In this document: one piece after another, positions 1-10,733 of the stretch
Layout: each line of letters begins with the position of its first letter
Position numbering within the stretch: position 1 is the stretch's first letter
Source of the DNA: an uncultured Elusimicrobia bacterium
GTDB taxonomy: Bacteria; Elusimicrobiota; Elusimicrobia; 2-01-FULL-59-12
DNA: 64,000 nucleotides
Assembly (NCBI GenBank): GCA_963702895.1
Contig: OY969767.1
Location: forward strand, 384,001-448,000
Direction: 5' to 3'
Position numbers and translations under genes: made by a program
Notes under the pieces: generated by a model
Seen by the model: the letters and a program-made list of their open reading frames with translations, nothing else
The model's database searches: none
Told to the model about the DNA's origin: nothing

Positions 1-3000
1 AAGCCGATTGAGCACGGTAGGATTGACCGCATAGCCCATCGCCTTGGCCTCGATCAAGCAGTGGGCTACGTATTTCGTAAGCCACGAGTCCGCAGTCTGA
101 CCACCGGGCCACATCGTAAATTCACCTGTGCCCAGCTGCATCTTTTCAAGCTTCCGAATGCCTTCTTGCACATAGAGATCGACGGCATTGGCCCTGTCTC
201 CGAACCGCCCGGTCGCAAATCCGAGGTTTTTGAAATACAGCATGGGGAATATCCCGGAAGCCGTCTGTTCGGCGCATCCATAAGGATAGCGGATCAAGTA
301 ATCAAGGCTTCTCAGGTAACGGATGATGGGATTGTTGGAGGTCGTCAGTCGGATGATCTGGCCGAAGGGAATAAACCCTCCGGGCACGCGAACTTCTTTG
401 GACTGGCCTGGATTCAATTCCCCTTCTTGGACAAGGGTTTGAAGGGTATTGTAAGGGCGGACACTGATTTCCTCATCGTGGACTGAACGGGCGCCATTTC
501 CCTCTGCAAGGACTTGGAATTGGGCAACACCCGCATTTTGTGCCGCCTCGGCAAAGAACATCATCCTTTTCTGATCTTCCTTGGCCAAGGTTGCGCTTTG
601 GGTGGGAGCTCCAGTCAGCTTGACAGGTCCTTTTGCAGAGCTACGGACAGAAAATGTTCCAGGTTTACCCGTCTTGTTATAGAGCTCGATAGGGATTTGG
701 AACTGATCGCCCGGTCCGGCGAAGCGGGGATAATTGGGAATAAGAACGATCGGGTCAGCCACCTGGACGGCGCGGTCCGTTGAGCCGAACCGGTCCCCTT
801 GGATCGCCATGGCCATCACGCGCACCTCGCCGTTAAAGCCTTTGGTATCGAAGTGGTAGCGGACGCGCCCGTTTTCATCCGGTTTGACGATTCCCGAAAA
901 GAGTGCCAAAGATTTCTTCTTTTTGGCCGCGATCGGGTTTAAGTGGCGGCGCGAGAAGGCGCCCGCGTCACCGCCCAGCGCAAATTTCTTGGCGGCAACG
1001 TCCGGCAGGACCAAGTCAAAAATGGAATAAGTCTGCGTGGTCAATCCGCGCTTCCGATAGAAGTAACCCAAAGGATCCGGGGTTGAAAAGTTCGTGATCT
1101 GCAAAATACCTTGATCAACAGCCGCAAGGATGACGTCCGGCCGTTCCGCCCCAGAAACCTGAAGGCTGACGTCCAGTCCGTCCGCGGATTGAACAGACGA
1201 TGGAAGGTCCCAGGTCATGACCACACGCTTGGAGGTCGTTTTGACCGGAAGCGGCGCAATCCCGAAAGAAACCATCGGCAAGGTTTTCCGGCTCTCATCA
1301 GGGGTCCGGGCGACAAGCCCCACCACGTAGGCATTCGGCAGGAATTCTCTTTCAATAGGAATGGAGACCACGGTCTCGCGGCTCGACAGCTCAATGGTCC
1401 GGGTTTGATAGACCTTTTCGCGCTCGACCGTCAAGATCAGTTTGCCCGTAAACGGCGCTTGGATGAAGACCTTTGCTTCCTCGCCGATGTCGTAGGCATC
1501 CTTGTCCAGGCGGATCTTCAGTTTCTCAGGCGCTTCAAGGCTGGTTGTCTCATAGCCCAGCCCCAGAACTTCGAAGCTGATGGATGATCTCATCCCGTTG
1601 GGTCCAGCCAAAATGATGGTGTACTCCCCGGGCTGTTCGGGCGTAAAGTTGAACGTCCCCTGCTTCTGGACCCGAATTTCCTTGTTGTCGATCAATTCCT
1701 CATAAGAAGAGGATTGGTACCCGGATCTTCCCCAAGATCCCTTGCGGAAAATGGAGTACCAAGCCTTTCGCTTGATAACGAGCTTCACGTTATCCACTGA
1801 CTGGGAGCGGCCTGAGGAATCGATGCTGACATAGTTCAGATCGACTTTTTGACGAGCGTGTATCGTTCCTGTGTTGCCAAGCTTAAGCCCGAGATAGTAG
1901 GCGTACGAATGAACGTCCACAAACCCCGCGGCGCTGACCGCCCGCCCGCCTGAATCGAAAACTTCCGTATAGATATAAGCCTTGAGCGCCGATGGCGGAT
2001 TGTCATGGGGGACCTCGACGGCGTATTCTTTTATGCCCTTCGCATCGAGAGTGCTTTCCCCCAGTTCCGTCGTTTCTTCCTCCCAGACCATTTGAGTGTC
2101 TGCAAAGGTGTATCCCTTGTAGTTCGGATGAGAAAATTCCCTGCCAATGAATCGCACGGATGACGCGACCTTGTTCCCGGATGCCGGCGGGCCGAACATC
2201 TGCCGGGATTTCACCTTGAAGGTCAATTGCTCTTTCGATTTGACGGCTTCCTTGGGAACCTCGACTTCGACCTTTAATTTGTCCGGGATGAATTCCTCCA
2301 CCTTGAGAGACGTCGAGCCGATGCTTTGCTCTTTGTCGACCCGGAATATCTGAATATCGTATTGGCCGGTCAGCGCATCGCCGCCGAAAGGGATCTTGTA
2401 AGTGAGCACACCGTTTGTCCCCAGGGTTTCCTCGAGCCGTTGAACTTCCGAGCCGCGAGGATCTCTCACGACGAGTCGGACGGGAACAGGCGGCGGCAGG
2501 GAGTTGTCCGCATTACGCACGACAGCGGTCACGTACGCGGTCTCTCCGGGCCGATAGACGCCCCGCTCCGTCGCCAAGAAAGCATCCATGCCTTCTTGGC
2601 CGTATGGATCTCCTCCGACGCCGAATTGATATTGGTTCAGGGCGTTCCGTTCAAAGATGAGGAACGAGAAATCGTCGTCCTTCTTAGCCACCACGAACTG
2701 GGGCGTAAACTTGTATTCATTCTTTTTCCAGTTGACGAAGGTCACCCGTCCCGATCCGTCGACGATTTGCTTGTCCATCACCTGGTTCGTATGGCTATAC
2801 AGTTCAACGGTGGCCCCTGTTTGAGGCGATAGGTCGGCGATGGAAAGGACGGTCACGATGAGATCGTCGCCCGAGTGTTTCGCAATGAGACCCAAATCCG
2901 TGCAGAGGAACCATGCGCTGTCGCGCTCATAGTAGCTGCGCGGGCTTCTCAGATTGATGGTGAACAGGCCCTTGTAGGGTTCGTCATGGAATTTGGCGAG

Positions 3001-5196
3001 GTTCATGTATTGCGTCAATTCCTCGTTGATTTGACCACCCTCAACGGCATATTCGCCGCTGTAGATATGCTTGGTCATCGGGGCGTAGCCGGGGTTGTTC
3101 AAAAACTGAATGAGGTTATTGCGGAAGACTTTCTGAATGTCGACCCCGACCTTGTCCAGGTTGACAGTTTTCACTTGCAAGGTCTTCGGGCCGGAGAGAG
3201 AAAGGATGTTCCCGCGGTAGGCGAATTCCACTTTGGGGGGCAGGTCCTGAATGTAGACCGACCCCTCATAGTCGTTCTCCAGCATCTCTCCTGACTTGGA
3301 AACGAGACCCTTGGCGATTTTCAGGCGGTAGGAAACGTTCGGCTTGAAAGGTCCGCGCAGGACGGCATAGCAGTATTCCGTCTCAACTTCCATCGGAACG
3401 CCAGGGTTGATGGAAAGCCGACTGCGCACCTGGGCTTCCGAGACAGGCATATTGAATAGGATTGTCACGAGCGTATTGCCGGGCTCATGCCACAGTTTCA
3501 GTTCAGCGACCTCGAGCTTCACCTTTGACGGCAGGACAAGGGTCTTGGAATATTCCTCTCGGAGTCCGACATTTCCTCCTATACAACGCATCCCCTTGGT
3601 AAGCTGGAGGGTGATGACCTGTTCCTCTTTTCCCCTTTGGACGGAGCCTGTCTTGAAATAGAACTTGGTCGGCAAGTGGGACTTCTCCAACTCCACCGTA
3701 ATAGGCTGGTCTTTGCCCTTCAAGACCCGAATGCTTTTCCGGAGTTCATCAATGGATACACGGAAATTGAAATTGATCTCTCCCATGAGCTGCCTCTCCT
3801 CGTTCGTCACAAGGTCGTAGGCGTAGAACAGCTTCGAATCGAGAACAGCAAAATATTCCGTATTAAATTCAGTGACAGCCCGCCTTTGAATGCGCTTCGG
3901 TTTGGCGAGAAGGTTTTTGGGATCAAAGATCACTTGATAGCGCGTCGAAGGGCTGAGCGGTTCGCTCGGAACGAAAACGATGGTTTTGGGGGCCTCTTGA
4001 CGGTAGACGCCTGAGAGCGGCGGGTCGATCTTGAAGCAATCCACCTTGGCGATATTTCCGTCGGTCGCCTGGACGGCATCGGAAAAGGTGATCCGAATCA
4101 CCGTCTTGTCGGGCACTTGGCCGGAGGGCGTGAATTCGACAACGGTCACGAAGAAACGCTGATAAAATTTCGGACCGGCCCAGACGCCGATGGATATCAG
4201 CGCGATGGCGTATGCCGTCCATCGAAAATATCTCTGATATTGTGTGGCGGTCGCCGCGGCGACCGAGCTTCGCTGCTTCAGCCGTCCGGGAACGGCAAGA
4301 AGCCAATCCTTGATCCGCGACAGAACCGCAGCCGGAATTAAAGGCTGGACCTCTTGGGCGGCCTCGGGCATGGGTATTCTTTCAATTGGCTCCATCCACT
4401 TGGAAAACCATGCGGCGAGGCGGGAATTTTTGATGGGCTGCAGGGCGCGCTGGAGGTATACCAACAATTCCTCAAGATAAAGATGCAGCCAGTACGCGAT
4501 ATAGAACGAGAAAAAGTAGTCCAGTAAGCCCAGGGCTCGCCCAGGCAGAAAGCGGGCAATGCCGAGAAGGATTGTCAACGCATAGACCACCAAGCCGGCC
4601 GGATAGGCGGTAGTCCTTCCAAAATATCGCCGGCGCACCCAAGAGCTCCAAAGAGGCACGAGCAGCAGCGCCACATACCAGCGGGTTTGAAAGAAGACTC
4701 GCCATGAGGAAACGACATTGGTTGTCAAGATCAATTGGAAGCCCCAAACGAGGGCCCCTACGAAGATAAAGACACTGAGGGGTCGCCGCAACAGCGCCAT
4801 GCGCGGATGCTGCCAGCCTTTCGCCAGCAATTCGCTGACGGGGTCCAAAAGGAGCGACAAGACGGCTGCCGTCACATGGAAGAAAAGCAGGATGAGGAGA
4901 TAGGTTGGTTGGGCGCCCGCCGGAAACCATTTGGAGCTAAAGACGAGCAAGTAAGCGGCTAGAAATGAAAGGTAGACTGTGACAAAACGCGCCGGACGCC
5001 GGAGCAGACCGTAGCGCAGCAGGGAAACCAGAATGGAGGTCCAGAAAAGTGTTAAAAGCGCATCTCGATAAAGGAAAGCGTAAACCCAGTTGGCGGCGGT
5101 TCCCCATTTCGGCAGCGCGAAGAGCGATAGGAAGCTGATGAACAGAATGCTGACTGCAGCCAGTTGGCGAATGGGATCGGAGAAGAGTTTTTTCAT
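1..5196 (-). CDS. Bacterial alpha-2-macroglobulin (3' end beyond window) with a polytopic membrane N-terminal extension
   Basis: Missing from the ORF track because it runs off the window. I translated ATG 5196 down to 4141 without a stop and spot-checked the same frame further on: MG2 motif FLATERGVYRPGE (~2540-2580), thioester motif YPYGCAEQT (CAEQ at 265-276), and an open frame at 1-60. Confidence 0.9.
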   Translation of the reverse strand, partial: MKKLFSDPIRQLAAVSILFISFLSLFALPKWGTAANWVYAFLYRDALLTLFWTSILVSLLRYGLLRRPARFVTVYLSFLAAYLLVFSSKWFPAGAQPTYLLILLFFHVTAAVLSLLLDPVSELLAKGWQHPRMALLRRPLSVFIFVGALVWGFQLILTTNVVSSWRVFFQTRWYVALLLVPLWSSWVRRRYFGRTTAYPAGLVVYALTILLGIARFLPGRALGLLDYFFSFYIAYWLHLYLEELLVYLQRALQPIKNSRLAAWFSKWMEPIERIPMPEAAQEVQPLIPAAVLSRIKDWLLAVPGRLKQRSSVAAATATQYQRYFRWTAYAIALISIGVWAGPKFYQRFFVTVVEFTPSGQVPDKTVIRITFSDAVQATDGNIAKVDCFKIDPPLSGVYRQEAPKTIVFVPSEPLSPSTRYQVIFDPKNLLAKPKRIQRRAVTEFNTEYFAVLDSKLFYAYDLVTNEERQLMGEINFNFRVSIDELRKSIRVLKGKDQPITVELEKSHLPTKFYFKTGSVQRGKEEQVITLQLTKGMRCIGGNVGLREEYSKTLVLPSKVKLEVAELKLWHEPGNTLVTILFNMPVSEAQVRSRLSINPGVPMEVETEYCYAVLRGPFKPNVSYRLKIAKGLVSKSGEMLENDYEGSVYIQDLPPKVEFAYRGNILSLSGPKTLQVKTVNLDKVGVDIQKVFRNNLIQFLNNPGYAPMTKHIYSGEYAVEGGQINEELTQYMNLAKFHDEPYKGLFTINLRSPRSYYERDSAWFLCTDLGLIAKHSGDDLIVTVLSIADLSPQTGATVELYSHTNQVMDKQIVDGSGRVTFVNWKKNEYKFTPQFVVAKKDDDFSFLIFERNALNQYQFGVGGDPYGQEGMDAFLATERGVYRPGETAYVTAVVRNADNSLPPPVPVRLVVRDPRGSEVQRLEETLGTNGVLTYKIPFGGDALTGQYDIQIFRVDKEQSIGSTSLKVEEFIPDKLKVEVEVPKEAVKSKEQLTFKVKSRQMFGPPASGNKVASSVRFIGREFSHPNYKGYTFADTQMVWEEETTELGESTLDAKGIKEYAVEVPHDNPPSALKAYIYTEVFDSGGRAVSAAGFVDVHSYAYYLGLKLGNTGTIHARQKVDLNYVSIDSSGRSQSVDNVKLVIKRKAWYSIFRKGSWGRSGYQSSSYEELIDNKEIRVQKQGTFNFTPEQPGEYTIILAGPNGMRSSISFEVLGLGYETTSLEAPEKLKIRLDKDAYDIGEEAKVFIQAPFTGKLILTVEREKVYQTRTIELSSRETVVSIPIEREFLPNAYVVGLVARTPDESRKTLPMVSFGIAPLPVKTTSKRVVMTWDLPSSVQSADGLDVSLQVSGAERPDVILAAVDQGILQITNFSTPDPLGYFYRKRGLTTQTYSIFDLVLPDVAAKKFALGGDAGAFSRRHLNPIAAKKKKSLALFSGIVKPDENGRVRYHFDTKGFNGEVRVMAMAIQGDRFGSTDRAVQVADPIVLIPNYPRFAGPGDQFQIPIELYNKTGKPGTFSVRSSAKGPVKLTGAPTQSATLAKEDQKRMMFFAEAAQNAGVAQFQVLAEGNGARSVHDEEISVRPYNTLQTLVQEGELNPGQSKEVRVPGGFIPFGQIIRLTTSNNPIIRYLRSLDYLIRYPYGCAEQTASGIFPMLYFKNLGFATGRFGDRANAVDLYVQEGIRKLEKMQLGTGEFTMWPGGQTADSWLTKYVAHCLIEAKAMGYAVNPTVLNRL

Positions 5197-5272
5197 TGGT
5201 TTGGGCCTTTCGAATCCTCAGAGCTCGCGCACTTCTGTCAATCGCCGCACTTGAGAGCTGGAGGAAGAATAT

Positions 5273-5692
5273 TTACTGTGATATTTCCGTGCCAGCAGCC
5301 CCCTTGATTGTGAATTCGACAGAGGACAAAACCGAGCCCACCGCATCCGTGATATCCACTTTCCACCGGCCCGGCCAGACATTTTTGCTGCTCCAGGTCC
5401 GCATCGAGGCGTAGTTGATATCCAGAGGCACTTCGGCTTCTTTTTTATCGTCCGCATACCATATATGTTTGATCTTGGCAGGCGGATTGGCTGCGGCGAT
5501 TTTGGTCCAGCAATAGACCCGTGTAATAGACGCATCAAAGTCGCTGGCAGTTCCCGTCAGTTCCTTGTTCTCGACGGCTGTGCCAACGGAAATCTGATCG
5601 ATTTGGAGATCCTTCGAGGTGACAGCCTCTTCGGCTCTTGTCACAGCAGGGGCTAGCGAAAGTAACATCAAGGATGCGATCAGTCTTTTCAT
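5273..5692 (-). CDS. Secreted DUF2914-like Ig-fold protein
   Basis: Signal peptide; VYCWT...HIWY...RTWSSK...GRWKVDI pattern; AGGAG RBS. Confidence 0.8.
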   Translation of the reverse strand: MKRLIASLMLLSLAPAVTRAEEAVTSKDLQIDQISVGTAVENKELTGTASDFDASITRVYCWTKIAAANPPAKIKHIWYADDKKEAEVPLDINYASMRTWSSKNVWPGRWKVDITDAVGSVLSSVEFTIKGAAGTEISQ

Positions 5693-5827
5693 TCTTGCTC
5701 CTATGACCTCGTCAAAAATAAAGACACTGGCGCCGGTCTATATGAAATTGCTTATAAATTCAAGTGTTTTTTGAAGAGTCAGCTGCATTTGCATCGCCCG
5801 TGTCTCCTCACAGAAATTCCATTTCAT

Positions 5828-6349
5828 TTAACTGGTGTGCGTCGCCAACCGTGCGGGATCGGCGCCGAAAACGGCTCTCATCCCCAGGTATGTCTTGCTC
5901 GCTGGATGCATCCACACGTTTGTCCCGTGTTCATCTTGAAAAGTGATCGTATAGTTCCCGGAATCTCTGTGAGCCGTCGACAAGACAATCGCGACGTGGT
6001 TGATCCGACCCTTCGTGTTTCTGAAAAACACCAAATTCCCTGGTTTCACAAGTTCAAGTGGGATCACTGCCTCTTTTGCCGATGCGTGACGGGCCCAGTG
6101 CCAGGCGGAGCCAAAGGTTATGTAATGTTTTCCGGTTAACAGCAGCAACCCATATCGGGCGAATGCGGCACAATAATTCTTGCGCCCGTTGAAGGGATTG
6201 TTGGTTAAAACGCGGTCAGCTGAAATCTGAAGGAAATCGGTGGAAGTAGTGGAATCGGGGCTTACTCTTGGACTCTCTGCATTGGAGAGTATCGATGCGC
6301 CGAGGGTAAGAAGAAGAAAAAGGGCTGCAAAATTCTTAGACAGATTCAT
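5828..6349 (-). CDS. Secreted NlpC/P60- or CHAP-like cysteine peptidase
   Basis: Signal peptide from ATG 6349; YCAAF (Cys), KPGNLVFF and NHVAIV (His) motifs. Confidence 0.6.
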   Translation of the reverse strand: MNLSKNFAALFLLLTLGASILSNAESPRVSPDSTTSTDFLQISADRVLTNNPFNGRKNYCAAFARYGLLLLTGKHYITFGSAWHWARHASAKEAVIPLELVKPGNLVFFRNTKGRINHVAIVLSTAHRDSGNYTITFQDEHGTNVWMHPASKTYLGMRAVFGADPARLATHTS

Positions 6350-6590
6350 TTGAATTTGAAACTCGATGTGCTTCTTCTCACAGTTAGACAACTTGCCCCG
6401 CAAGCTGCTTAGCACCGAATTTCCACAAGCAATATTCTGGCTATTATTTCAGCCTTTTCCTAGCAATTAGTTATCGTTGGTTCAGTCTCGATGTTCGGAT
6501 TTGTGGTCGCCATTTCAGGCATCGAGGGGTTAACAGGCTGGGGGCTGGCTGGCGGCAGCTGCTTATCGAGGGTTAACGCAGCCGTTCAAC

Positions 6591-6905
6591 CGGTGCCAGT
6601 GATGCAAAATGCAAGATTGGAGAGGAAGAGTGAATAAAAAGGTGGGCTTTTCATCTAAGGGGAGAGGACCCTTATGCCCAGACCGCCACGGATCCATTTT
6701 GAAGGAGCGACGTGCAACGTTTTCAGATCTAGAAAACGGCGTGAAACGTTATCTCGAAGCCAGGCAGACTACGCTGCTTTTGAGGGCATCATGCGAGAAG
6801 CCATGAAGTGGTTAGGGGTTCAGTTATACAACTGGAACCAGATGCCGAACCATTTTCATTTCAATGTTGAAACGCCTGCATCTGCATCTTGCATCACTGA
6901 CACCG
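6591..6905 (+). mobile_element. Internally deleted TIR-flanked HUH (RAYT-like) element
   Basis: 23-bp imperfect TIRs CGGTGCCAGTGATGCAAAATGCA (6591-6613) and TGCATCTTGCATCACTGACACCG (6883-6905) enclose the transposase fragment. Confidence 0.75.
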
Positions 6906-6928
6906 TAACGGCATTGTTTCTGCGATGA
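6674..6928 (+). pseudogene. Truncated REP-associated tyrosine transposase (Y1_Tnp)
   Basis: MPRPPRI start and HUH motif MPNHFH; homology ends after VETP where the right TIR begins, so the catalytic Tyr region is missing. Confidence 0.8.
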
Positions 6929-7117
6929 CGACCAGAGCCTGGCAGCTTAAAGAGATAGCTAGCAGGAGGCGCAGAGGCCCAAGAATTGAAGCGGTCCTTT
7001 GGTACGTATTTTTAGCCATTTGGCGGATAGCATTGCTCGACGATTCTGTCTAAACTGAATCTATTCTTCGAACGCGGGCGTGAGACACGCGAAACGCCCG
7101 CGCGTTCGGAGAGGCAT

Positions 7118-9205
7118 ATGAATGGCATCTCCTTTCGATCGATTTCCATTTTGCTCGTGGCCCTGCTCACGGGTGCTGAACCAGCTCGCGACCTCGCTTG
7201 CTGTTTCGAATCCTCGAGATCATTATCTCCAGCGACAGATTGTCTAACGCCATTCGAAATCCAAGCTCTCAGCCCTATTCTGGCTTCCGGCAGTCGCGCC
7301 CGGCCGGTGAACCAGGCCCGCTGTATGGTCGTTGGCCTCCTATTGGCTGGTACGGGATTTGCCTCCTGGGTTGCCGTGACCCATTCGCCGTCGGCTTTAA
7401 TGGCTGGATTCTCCACCATCCTCCATGGCCTGCTCGACAGAGTGCTGGTGCAATGGGACGCTTTCGATTCTCTACCCTGGTTGATCAAGGTCTCCATGTT
7501 GTCGGCTATACCGTTGATGGTCTTCAGAAAGCGTGACCGAGGGCAAAGTCAGTCAGATTCAAGCCGGCCAGCCTGGCTTAAGAATTGGCTCGCTCGCAAG
7601 CCAGTGAGTTACTACGAAATTCTGGGAATACCGCCAGAGGCCAGACTAGCGGACATACTCCTTAGCCGCCGTCGACTCGCTCAGAAATGGCATCCCGATT
7701 TGAACCCGGGCGATCGCTACGCCGAAGAGATACTCAAGGCTGTCCATGAAGCGTATGACACTTTGCGTGACGCCGGTAAACGGGCTGCCTACGATTTTAA
7801 GCTCCTGAGTGGCGCCGCCAAAGCGGAATCTTCAGGACGGCGCTCCTGGCAGGCTACGTCCGACTCGATACTTTCGAAAGCTAATCCAATGAATGACCTG
7901 CCGCGTTGGTTCCCCGGCGTCCCATTCGGATCCAGCGCTCTGGGAAGACGCACGATCATCCATATGTCCTGGGGGCCACGAGGAACACTTTATTTCGCCG
8001 GTTGGTGGCGTAGCGCACCGCGGGATAGATCGTATTTTGAAACATGGCGTTTCAATCCATTTACGGCTCCGCCGATCAAGGAACAAAACAGCGGCATGCA
8101 TTACGATTGGCAGCCAGGAATCACCATGGGTGGATATGATGGGATCGTTAAGATCTTGCATCATCCCGTTGACGAAAGAATAGCCCTTGTCGCGAGGGTC
8201 GATGGACATACCTGGCAGGACGTTCCGCGCTGGGTGGTGATCGTCTGCCGATGGCAGGATCTGATGCAAAATGGAACGGCCACGGCGGGAGGCACCCTAT
8301 TCCTGGATGACATGTTCAAGAGAAACGAGGTCTATGAGAAGCGCGAGGGCATCATCCCGCCGTTACCGGGCACCATCGCGTGTCTGCTCAGCAGGGAAAA
8401 CTCTAGCGCCCCATGGCAGGGGATGATTTGGGGCCAGGACGGTCGAAGCATTCGGCTGCACGATAGAGACGGGACCATCACGACGTGGAATCCGGAGACA
8501 GGCATTTCTGATGTCCGATGGCTCAAACTTCCCCAGGTCACCCCTCCCAACTTATCTTCGGCGCAGATTGATTATTATCCCGGAATCCTTCCAGATCCTC
8601 GCGGCGTATTTGCCGCCTACACCTACGGACGCGGGAGATGGGACTCTAAGAAGAACGAATGGAGCGACCCATTCGTCGACATCTGGCACACCGCATCCCA
8701 AAGACGGCTTGTCCGGTTGCCCTTGGCCAAAGACCATGACTTGAAATGGGACCATCAGGGGAATCTTTATTTCACACGGGGCCTGGAACTTTTTCGGTGG
8801 AATGCGGGCGACCTTCGGACTGTCAAGTCTGTTTGCAGCTTGCCCGATGTCGGATTGCCTCAGCGTATCGCAATCAGCCCTGATGGTCGGTTACTGGCCG
8901 TCGGTTCAAGTAAGCTCATGGTGATCGATCTCGCCACCGGGCAGAGAGTTAACGCACAACCGATTCAAAGCTATACCCTTGCCCATCACCTTCGCCCAGC
9001 CGACCCTACGGAAATCTACATATCAAGTCTGGACTGGTCGTCCGAAGGATCCTTTTTGGCAACGGAGGGAAGGGGCACTCTGACCCTCTGGCAAGCCGAA
9101 GCGAACAATAAGAAAGCCCTCTCTGCGCCGCAAGCAATGATTCCGAGGGGCAATCCCAGTAAGAAACCGAATAGACGACGGGTGCCCTTGGATCGCGCGG
9201 CATGA
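7118..9205 (+). CDS. Membrane-anchored J-domain protein with C-terminal WD40-like beta-propeller
   Basis: YYEILG...HPD...AYDTLRD..KRAAYD J-domain; N-terminal hydrophobic segments; ISPDGRLLA and LDWSSEGSFLAT blade motifs. Confidence 0.8.
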   Translation: MNGISFRSISILLVALLTGAEPARDLACCFESSRSLSPATDCLTPFEIQALSPILASGSRARPVNQARCMVVGLLLAGTGFASWVAVTHSPSALMAGFSTILHGLLDRVLVQWDAFDSLPWLIKVSMLSAIPLMVFRKRDRGQSQSDSSRPAWLKNWLARKPVSYYEILGIPPEARLADILLSRRRLAQKWHPDLNPGDRYAEEILKAVHEAYDTLRDAGKRAAYDFKLLSGAAKAESSGRRSWQATSDSILSKANPMNDLPRWFPGVPFGSSALGRRTIIHMSWGPRGTLYFAGWWRSAPRDRSYFETWRFNPFTAPPIKEQNSGMHYDWQPGITMGGYDGIVKILHHPVDERIALVARVDGHTWQDVPRWVVIVCRWQDLMQNGTATAGGTLFLDDMFKRNEVYEKREGIIPPLPGTIACLLSRENSSAPWQGMIWGQDGRSIRLHDRDGTITTWNPETGISDVRWLKLPQVTPPNLSSAQIDYYPGILPDPRGVFAAYTYGRGRWDSKKNEWSDPFVDIWHTASQRRLVRLPLAKDHDLKWDHQGNLYFTRGLELFRWNAGDLRTVKSVCSLPDVGLPQRIAISPDGRLLAVGSSKLMVIDLATGQRVNAQPIQSYTLAHHLRPADPTEIYISSLDWSSEGSFLATEGRGTLTLWQAEANNKKALSAPQAMIPRGNPSKKPNRRRVPLDRAA

Positions 9206-9245
9206 TTGAAGCAGCGTTCTGTCACAAAGGCGTCAGACACTCCCG

Positions 9246-9472
9246 AAAGGGGTCAGTCTTCTCATTACACATTTGGCGACGAGGAATGAATAAAAAGGCG
9301 ATTCCTCCATCGAATCTCATGCCACGCGCGCCGCGAATCGGCCATCCGCATGATGGTCACGCGCTACGATGAGAAAGCGCAAAACCGCGCCGAAACGAAA
9401 GAACTGCTGAAGGCCTTGCAGTTGACGAATGAATCACCCGATTCAAATGTGAAAGGAGAACGCTGACCTTTT
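9246..9472 (+). mobile_element. MITE, deletion derivative of a TIR-flanked RAYT-like element (copy 1)
   Basis: TIRs AAAGGGGTCAGTCTTCTC / GAGAACGCTGACCTTTT; retains codons MPRAPRI at 9319; homologous to 18687-18893. Confidence 0.75.
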
Positions 9473-9692
9473 TCCTCTAAATCCTCTAATGACCTGCTGA
9501 CTCCTCATGGGCTTTTTCAAATCCGTCCCCCTGATCGTTGGGGGGGGACGCGAAGCCGAAGCTGCCGGAGGTGCGGAAGCAACTCGGCTCAAGAAACGTC
9601 CCAAACCCACAATGAATATGCGGTCATCGCCTCACGGGGTGTGTGGTGCATTGGCCGCGGGGGATGGGCGGCGAAATGTTACGATAACAGCC

Positions 9693-10733
9693 ATGGTAGA
9701 TCGATGGGACGAGAATGAGCAGTCCAGTGCCTGGAAGGATGAGTTCCGGCGACAGTTCGGAGTCAAGTTCCCGGAATTTCCTAAACAGATCGTTCTAGGG
9801 ATTTTAGGGGGCCTTCTGGTGTTGGTCGGCGTCGTGTCCTCCGTCTACACCGTGGAGCCAGAACAGGAAGCCGTGATTCTGCGGTTCGGCCGTTACATCT
9901 CAACGGAGCCGCCGGGCCTTCACTTCAAACTCCCTTACGGCATCGATCGCGCGATCAAGGTGCGCACCAAAGTCATCCTGCAGGAAGAGTTCGGGTTCCG
10001 AACCAAAGGCACCGAGGGCAATCGCAGCACCTACGATGAGAATTTTCGCCAGGAATCGATGACCCTCACCGGCGATCTCAACGTGGCCGATGTGGAGTGG
10101 ATCCTGCAGTATCAAATTTCTGATCCCAACAAGTATCTCTTTCAGGCCAGGAACGTTCTCACCAATATCCGGGATATATCCCAATCCATTATGCGGCGGG
10201 TCGTGGGCGACCGGCTGGTCAGCGACGTTCTCACGGTCGGCCGGGTGGAGATCACCGAAGAGGCGCAGCGCCTCACGCAGGAAGTTCTCGATCGCTACAA
10301 CATGGGTATTCGAATCGTCACGATCAAACTACAGGACGTCAACCCGCCGGAACCGGTCAAACCCGCGTTTAACGATGTGAACCGCGCCAAACAGGAGCAG
10401 GAACAAGCCATCAATCAGGCGGAAGAACAATACAACAAGATCATGCCGGAGGCCGAAGGGAAGGCGGAGCAGACCATTCAGGACGCCGAAGGATATGCGA
10501 CCTCCTTAATCAATCGTGCGCGAGGTGATGCGGGGCGGTTTACGGCAATGCTCCAAACCTACCGCAACGCGCCTCAGGCGACCCGCACGCGACTTTATTT
10601 GGAAGCGATGGAAGAGCTTTACGGTCGATTTAAGGACTTAACGCTGGTCGATCCCAGCATCAAGGGCGTGTTGCCCCTTTTTGGAGCTCTCGCCCCAACG
10701 AAGGAACCGGCCGTCCCGGGAGGCCACCCATGA
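9693..10733 (+). CDS. hflK: FtsH protease modulator HflK
   Basis: N-terminal TM, SPFH domain (PGLHFKLPYGID, MTLTGDLN, LQDVNPPEPVKPAFNDV); ATGA overlap with hflC. Start moved to ATG 9693. Confidence 0.93.
   Translation: MVDRWDENEQSSAWKDEFRRQFGVKFPEFPKQIVLGILGGLLVLVGVVSSVYTVEPEQEAVILRFGRYISTEPPGLHFKLPYGIDRAIKVRTKVILQEEFGFRTKGTEGNRSTYDENFRQESMTLTGDLNVADVEWILQYQISDPNKYLFQARNVLTNIRDISQSIMRRVVGDRLVSDVLTVGRVEITEEAQRLTQEVLDRYNMGIRIVTIKLQDVNPPEPVKPAFNDVNRAKQEQEQAINQAEEQYNKIMPEAEGKAEQTIQDAEGYATSLINRARGDAGRFTAMLQTYRNAPQATRTRLYLEAMEELYGRFKDLTLVDPSIKGVLPLFGALAPTKEPAVPGGHP

Noticed and set aside
9507..9692. N-terminal extension of HflK, or an SRP-like RNA in this hairpin-rich stretch
   Set aside because: The extension looks non-coding and a -10 box precedes ATG 9693; the SRP core motif is not matched.
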